Below, piece after piece: positions 59,614 to 64,000 of a stretch of DNA of 64,000 bases (its first letter is position 1; each line of letters starts with the position of its first letter). Position numbers and translations under genes: made by a program. Below the pieces are notes generated by a model. It was not told the origin of the DNA. It made no database searches and saw nothing but the letters and a program-made list of their open reading frames with translations. Source of the stretch: a virus (lineage: Duplodnaviria; Caudoviricetes); IMG/VR virus record IMGVR_UViG_2706795801_000001, positions 1 through 64,000 of that record; one strand, given 5' to 3'.

Positions 59614-60168
59614 ATGGAAACAATTACTAAACACTTTACCATTGTTGGTGATAAAGCTGTTTCATCTCTCCCTCTGTTTCTTCACCAAGCTGGTTGGGTC
59701 ACATCAGATGACCCTCTAATCAAATCAGCTAATACTAAGACCTCAGAGTACCGTGTCTTTGCTCACACTTATGATTCTTTAAATTCATTATGCCTACGTA
59801 GCTTTTCTCTCAATGAGTTAGAAGCTGAGTTTGATTTGAATACTAAAGAGATACGTAGTGTAACATTACGTGATACTGCTGTCCACAAAAAGATTACCTT
59901 TAATAAGAAAGGAGCTATCCTAACTTATGCCAGAGGTCAAGATACTGTCGGACAAAACAGTGAAGTTAATTCACTCACTACAAAAGAACCTATCTCAAAG
60001 ATTACTATTAACAGTGATATATTCGCTGTCCCTTTCGATGTAAAGGAAGTATATGAGAGGGTTACAGGTTTGAGTGTTGATTTACTTACTGACGATGACT
60101 TAGAAGAAGAACAGAGAAACGCAAATTTATGGACTGATTTAATCGGCACTATTGAGGGGGGTAGCTAA
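59614..60168 (+). CDS. Hypothetical protein in head module
   Basis: 184 aa; coupled to the protease gene. Confidence 0.7.
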   Translation: METITKHFTIVGDKAVSSLPLFLHQAGWVTSDDPLIKSANTKTSEYRVFAHTYDSLNSLCLRSFSLNELEAEFDLNTKEIRSVTLRDTAVHKKITFNKKGAILTYARGQDTVGQNSEVNSLTTKEPISKITINSDIFAVPFDVKEVYERVTGLSVDLLTDDDLEEEQRNANLWTDLIGTIEGGS

Positions 60169-60695
60169 TGAGTAGCTTTAAAGAAGCTCTTGTTAAGTTT
60201 TGCGGCTTTAACAACATGACGTTGAATGAAGATAAAGTCGATAAAGATTTAGAAAGTGTTGAGGTTAAGAAAGACTCGACATTAGAGATTAAGAAGTCAC
60301 ATGACCTCGTTAATCAAATCTCTGTAGAGGTTGTTGCTGAACCTTATGCACCAGACGCTCACGGGCATTGGTATAGTCAAGACACTGTACTTAAAGGTTT
60401 TGAGTCTGCTGATAAGGCTTGGAAAGAAAAACGTCTGCACATGAACCTATTTCACGCTCATGATGATACAGAGAATACCTGCATTGAGTTATTGAAACAT
60501 TACGTTGTTCCTTTTGACTGTGAAGTGAATGGTCAAAAAGTTAAAGAAGGTACTTGGTGCGCTGAAATTAAGTGGCATGACCAAGAACTTTGGAAGAAAC
60601 GTACTGAAGTATTAGATGACGGTTCTACTGAGATTGCAGGTTTAAGTTTAAAGGGTTGGGGAGTAATCAATGACCCTGTATCAACTGGAGAATAG
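60168..60695 (+). CDS. Prohead serine protease (XkdF-like)
   Basis: EP..PDAHG, NLFH, VKEGTW and GLSLKG. Confidence 0.82.
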   Translation: MSSFKEALVKFCGFNNMTLNEDKVDKDLESVEVKKDSTLEIKKSHDLVNQISVEVVAEPYAPDAHGHWYSQDTVLKGFESADKAWKEKRLHMNLFHAHDDTENTCIELLKHYVVPFDCEVNGQKVKEGTWCAEIKWHDQELWKKRTEVLDDGSTEIAGLSLKGWGVINDPVSTGE

Positions 60696-61707
60696 CTTGG
60701 ATAATTTAGATAAACATTCAGAAATCACTGGACTTAATTTTGATGGAGAGAATCCTCATATTGCAGTGTGTCATAAGACACAGGGTTTCAGTGCTAATCT
60801 ACGACACAAAGAACTATTATTCAAAGGTACAGATACTAAGGTTTCTTCTGAGATTATGAAGACTTTAGAGGGTAAGGTACCAGAAGAAGTGTTGCAGAAA
60901 ATGTCTATGCAGAATAAGCGTAAAGACTTACAGGATGCAGTTGAGGCTGTTCTTAAAGAGTCTACGAACAAAGAATATATTTGGGTGTACGTTGAAGACT
61001 TTAGTGACGATATGGTGTTGTTTTGTTTTGATGACAAAGCTTACGCAGTATCTTACAACATGTCAGAAGACGGTGCTGTTGAATTCACATCAGAGCCAGT
61101 GGAAGTTAAACGCCGCGACCTGTATGTAGATGCCGAGACTGGTGAAGAGTTAATTAAAGCTCTTGATTGGTTGAAGAAAGAAGAAGTCCCTGAAGAAATT
61201 AATTCAGATGGGGAAGTTAACGGGGAAGGCTCACCTGAGTCCCAAACTACCCCAATTGAAAATGATGAGGAAATCATGTCAGAAGTTAAAACGGAAATTA
61301 CTCAGGATGACTTATTAAAGTCTACTGTAGTTCAAGACCTTATCCAGAAAGCTGTTACTGATGCACTTGCTGCTAAAGAAGCAGAACTTACTAAAGCTAA
61401 GGTTCTAAGCGATACAACTGAACTTGTTAAAGGTTTATCTTTTATTGCTGAAGATAGTGTTGAAGCTATTGTTAAGTCACTTGTTTCTCAAGATGAAGCT
61501 ATTTCAATCATCAAGGCTATGTCTGCTGCTCAAGATAAGATCGTTGAGTTAGAGAAAGCTGTTGAAGATGTTAAAGCTGAATTTGCATCACAAGACTCTG
61601 TAGAAGCGGAAGTAGAGAAGAAGACTGTTAAAGGTTCTCCTGCTGACCGTGAAGCACAATTACAAAAAGCTGTTGCCGCTGAACTTGCTGCAAAGAAAAA
61701 CAAATAA
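60670..61707 (+). CDS. Capsid scaffolding protein
   Basis: Acidic coiled coil with repeated IxKA/LxKS motifs between protease and capsid genes; possible TTG start at 60697. Confidence 0.72.
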   Translation: MTLYQLENSLDNLDKHSEITGLNFDGENPHIAVCHKTQGFSANLRHKELLFKGTDTKVSSEIMKTLEGKVPEEVLQKMSMQNKRKDLQDAVEAVLKESTNKEYIWVYVEDFSDDMVLFCFDDKAYAVSYNMSEDGAVEFTSEPVEVKRRDLYVDAETGEELIKALDWLKKEEVPEEINSDGEVNGEGSPESQTTPIENDEEIMSEVKTEITQDDLLKSTVVQDLIQKAVTDALAAKEAELTKAKVLSDTTELVKGLSFIAEDSVEAIVKSLVSQDEAISIIKAMSAAQDKIVELEKAVEDVKAEFASQDSVEAEVEKKTVKGSPADREAQLQKAVAAELAAKKNK

Positions 61708-61730
61708 ATTTAATTAGAGGATTATAATAA

Positions 61731-62105
61731 ATGGCTACTTCATACCGCCAACCAGTTGTTCTTAACACCCTATCTGCTGCGATGGGTGGCAACATGTCTT
61801 ACGAGTCTGTACGTGTTACAGTTACCGCTACTATGCAGGACGGTTCTATGCTACTTGCCAGTGGTGCAGAAGCTGCTGTTGCTGACGCTGCTAACGTTAC
61901 TGGCATCATTGATTTCCCTCAGTTTGAGGTAGGCGATTACGCCGCTGGTGACATTATCTTAGTTCCAGTTGTACGTCGTGACGCAGTAGTTAATTCGGGC
62001 GCACTACACTTCAGCGATGCTGCATATGGCACTGAGACACTTACTGCATTAGCTGCCGCTGGTGTACGTCTACAAGCTGTTACAACTAGCTTCACACGTA
62101 ACTAA
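61731..62105 (+). CDS. Head decoration protein
   Basis: 124 aa, Ala-rich, immediately upstream of the capsid gene. Confidence 0.7.
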   Translation: MATSYRQPVVLNTLSAAMGGNMSYESVRVTVTATMQDGSMLLASGAEAAVADAANVTGIIDFPQFEVGDYAAGDIILVPVVRRDAVVNSGALHFSDAAYGTETLTALAAAGVRLQAVTTSFTRN

Positions 62106-62141
62106 GAACAAATAATAACAATTTAACGGAGAAACAATTTT

Positions 62142-63161
62142 ATGGCAACTCGTATGGGTGACTTCGGTGTAACTGATTACACTTCACTAATGGCACTAGC
62201 GCCACGTTCACAAAACTTCCTACAGGAACTAGGTTTGTTTGGTGACTTTAACACTGAATACTCTGATAGCCGTTACGGTGAGTTTGAGCGTGAAGAGAAA
62301 GGTATCACTGCAATGCATAACGTTGCTCGTGGTGCAGACCGTCAATTCGCTGGTTCTGAATCAGCTCGCAAGGAAATCCTCGAGATTCCTTATGCAACTC
62401 TAGATACTTCTGTTAAGCCTTCAGAAGTTGAAGCTTTCCGTGAATATGGTACTGAAGATGCACCTGCTTCTGTTAGCCAGTTGGTTAACCGTAAAGTAGC
62501 TCACATTCAGCGTTCACATGCACGTTATATCCGTAACGTAATGTACACTGCGCTAGTTAACAACCGTATCCACGCAGTCGATGCTGCAGGTAACCAAGTT
62601 ACTACACTTGCAAAGAACTTCTCAACTCTTTGGGGTGCTAACCGTCAAACTGGTACTATTGACCTCACTAATGCTGCTGCTGACCCATTTGATGTATTAG
62701 AAGAACAGCGTCAAGCAATCTCATTACTTGCTGGTGATGATTCAGACAGCTACCAAATGCTTTACATCTGTAACACTACTCAGTTCTCTCGTCTAACAGG
62801 TCACGCTCGTGTACGTGCTGCTTATGAGAACTACAGTTCAGATCAAGAGCCACTACGCCGCCGTTTAGGTGGAGACCGTATCAACAAATTCTTTACCCAT
62901 AAAGGTATTACTATTGTTGAAGACGTGTCTGGTCAAATTTCTAACACTGCAGGTTTCATGTTACCATTAGGTATCGAAGATATGTGGCAACTACGTTATG
63001 CTCCAGCACACACTCTTGACCATGTTAACCAAGTATCTGAAGGTTCTTACTTGTTTATGGTTGAAGGCTGGCGTCAAGTTGGTGTTGAGTCAGAAGTTGC
63101 AGTAGCAGCAGTACTGACCCGTCCTGAGCTAGTGGCTAACATCACTGCTACACTAGTGTAA
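62142..63161 (+). CDS. Major capsid protein (lambda gpE-like family)
   Basis: 339 aa; FLQELGLF, VARG, YAPA.TLD and TRPEL; strongly biased codons; followed by a terminator. Confidence 0.88.
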   Translation: MATRMGDFGVTDYTSLMALAPRSQNFLQELGLFGDFNTEYSDSRYGEFEREEKGITAMHNVARGADRQFAGSESARKEILEIPYATLDTSVKPSEVEAFREYGTEDAPASVSQLVNRKVAHIQRSHARYIRNVMYTALVNNRIHAVDAAGNQVTTLAKNFSTLWGANRQTGTIDLTNAAADPFDVLEEQRQAISLLAGDDSDSYQMLYICNTTQFSRLTGHARVRAAYENYSSDQEPLRRRLGGDRINKFFTHKGITIVEDVSGQISNTAGFMLPLGIEDMWQLRYAPAHTLDHVNQVSEGSYLFMVEGWRQVGVESEVAVAAVLTRPELVANITATLV

Positions 63162-63179
63162 TATAGTTAGTTGTACTTT

Positions 63180-63208
63180 AAAGGAGACCTTTGTGGTCTC
63201 CTTTTTTA
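63180..63208 (+). terminator. Terminator after major capsid gene
   Basis: AAAGGAGACC-TTTGT-GGTCTCCTTT followed by Ts. Confidence 0.85.
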
Positions 63209-63309
63209 TTACCTGTAATATACCAAACAAACTTCAGTGTCAATACCAAATTTGACACACACTTAAATCCATGCTACAATTAGGGTATAGACATTAAAGG
63301 AGAGATACA

Positions 63310-63870
63310 ATGAAAGAACAATATAATCACATCTCAGGTTACTTCCCTTTCTGGGAGTACATGAAAAGCCAACACCACGATATCGATTTGAATAAGACCC
63401 TCGAACTTCCACGTACATGGTTTGCTACAATTGATGGAACTGTATACCAAACAGAAGGTTTCGTTGACTTACTACAGAAGTTGAATGAACTTTATGGTGA
63501 GGTGTATGCACCATTACTATCTACCTCAATGAAGAGTCAGTTCACTATCTTCTTTAAGCAGGAAGATGCTCCAGTACAAGAGTCTGCTTCGTTGATTCAA
63601 TTATCTTCTGAGAAAGTAGAGGAAGAAGTTAAGCAGGAGGTTCCTGAACAGCCTGTGGTTGAGAGTGTAGAAGAATCTGACGTAGTTGTTGCAAAGACTC
63701 GTGAAGACTTCCCTGAGATTGATTGGGTTCGTCTAGATAGCTTAAAGTCTAACAAGGATGATAAAGGTTACTTAGAAAAAGTAGCTATACCTTTCGGGAG
63801 TGACCTGAAGAAAAATAAATCTATTGGTGGGATGTTAGCTGACTTTGAAGCTCACCTCGGTATCAAATAA
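63310..63870 (+). CDS. Hypothetical protein
   Basis: Own TTGACA-17-TACAAT promoter, AGGAG RBS and downstream terminator. Confidence 0.75.
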   Translation: MKEQYNHISGYFPFWEYMKSQHHDIDLNKTLELPRTWFATIDGTVYQTEGFVDLLQKLNELYGEVYAPLLSTSMKSQFTIFFKQEDAPVQESASLIQLSSEKVEEEVKQEVPEQPVVESVEESDVVVAKTREDFPEIDWVRLDSLKSNKDDKGYLEKVAIPFGSDLKKNKSIGGMLADFEAHLGIK

Positions 63871-64000
63871 TTTTAGTTAAAACTATATAAAGAAACCCTC
63901 ACGGATCAATATCTGCGAGGGTTTTATTTTGTCTAAATTTCAATAACACCCATCTTAACTAAGTCATTACCTGCATGTAGCATCTGTACCATCAAGAATG

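Noticed and set aside
60670-60700. Programmed frameshift fusing protease and scaffold
   Set aside because: No slippery heptamer is seen, and an independent GGAG-TTG start exists at 60697.
2124-61277. Numerous antisense or overlapping ORFs in the track (e.g. 6496-6891, 31905-32468, 35128-35577, 42364-43936 set, 54985-55383)
   Set aside because: They shadow well-supported genes or structured RNA, and lack RBSs and recognisable motifs.

Overview
About 64 kb of an AT-rich tailed dsDNA phage genome. The gene content suggests a lytic rV5/Felix O1-like myovirus of a marine gammaproteobacterium; this is inference, not a database match. Layout: (i) a 1.2 kb non-coding block at the left end with four Fur-box-like palindromes and duplicated modules. 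(ii) A minus-strand arm (1.3-33.9 kb) of DNA and nucleotide metabolism genes: PcfJ, SLOG/DprA-like, serine recombinase, ATP-dependent ligase, HslV-like protease, PhoH, GH108 endolysin, NrdB-glutaredoxin fusion, NrdA split by an ORF-less group I intron, adenine MTase, DHFR, ThyA, EndoVII, exonuclease, RdgC and dUTPase. (iii) Divergent sigma70 promoters at about 34 kb. (iv) A plus-strand arm with a Pif1-like helicase, Thg1, a probable origin, a 2.3 kb RNA operon, Pth2, a HAD protein, terL split by an HNH-carrying group I intron, a CCA-adding enzyme, an inverted foreign tailspike-like gene, and portal, protease, scaffold and capsid genes. The RNA operon holds tRNA-Gly, tRNA-Arg, a tRNA mimic, several stem-enclosed modules and a ~760 nt ornate RNA candidate. 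The most novel-looking signals are non-coding: the RNA operon with its tRNA mimic, a stand-alone C-rich (anti-SD/anti-GGA) sRNA, the Fur-box array, and a covarying hairpin mirrored on the two genome arms. All assignments were made by eye; no searches or folding programs were run.
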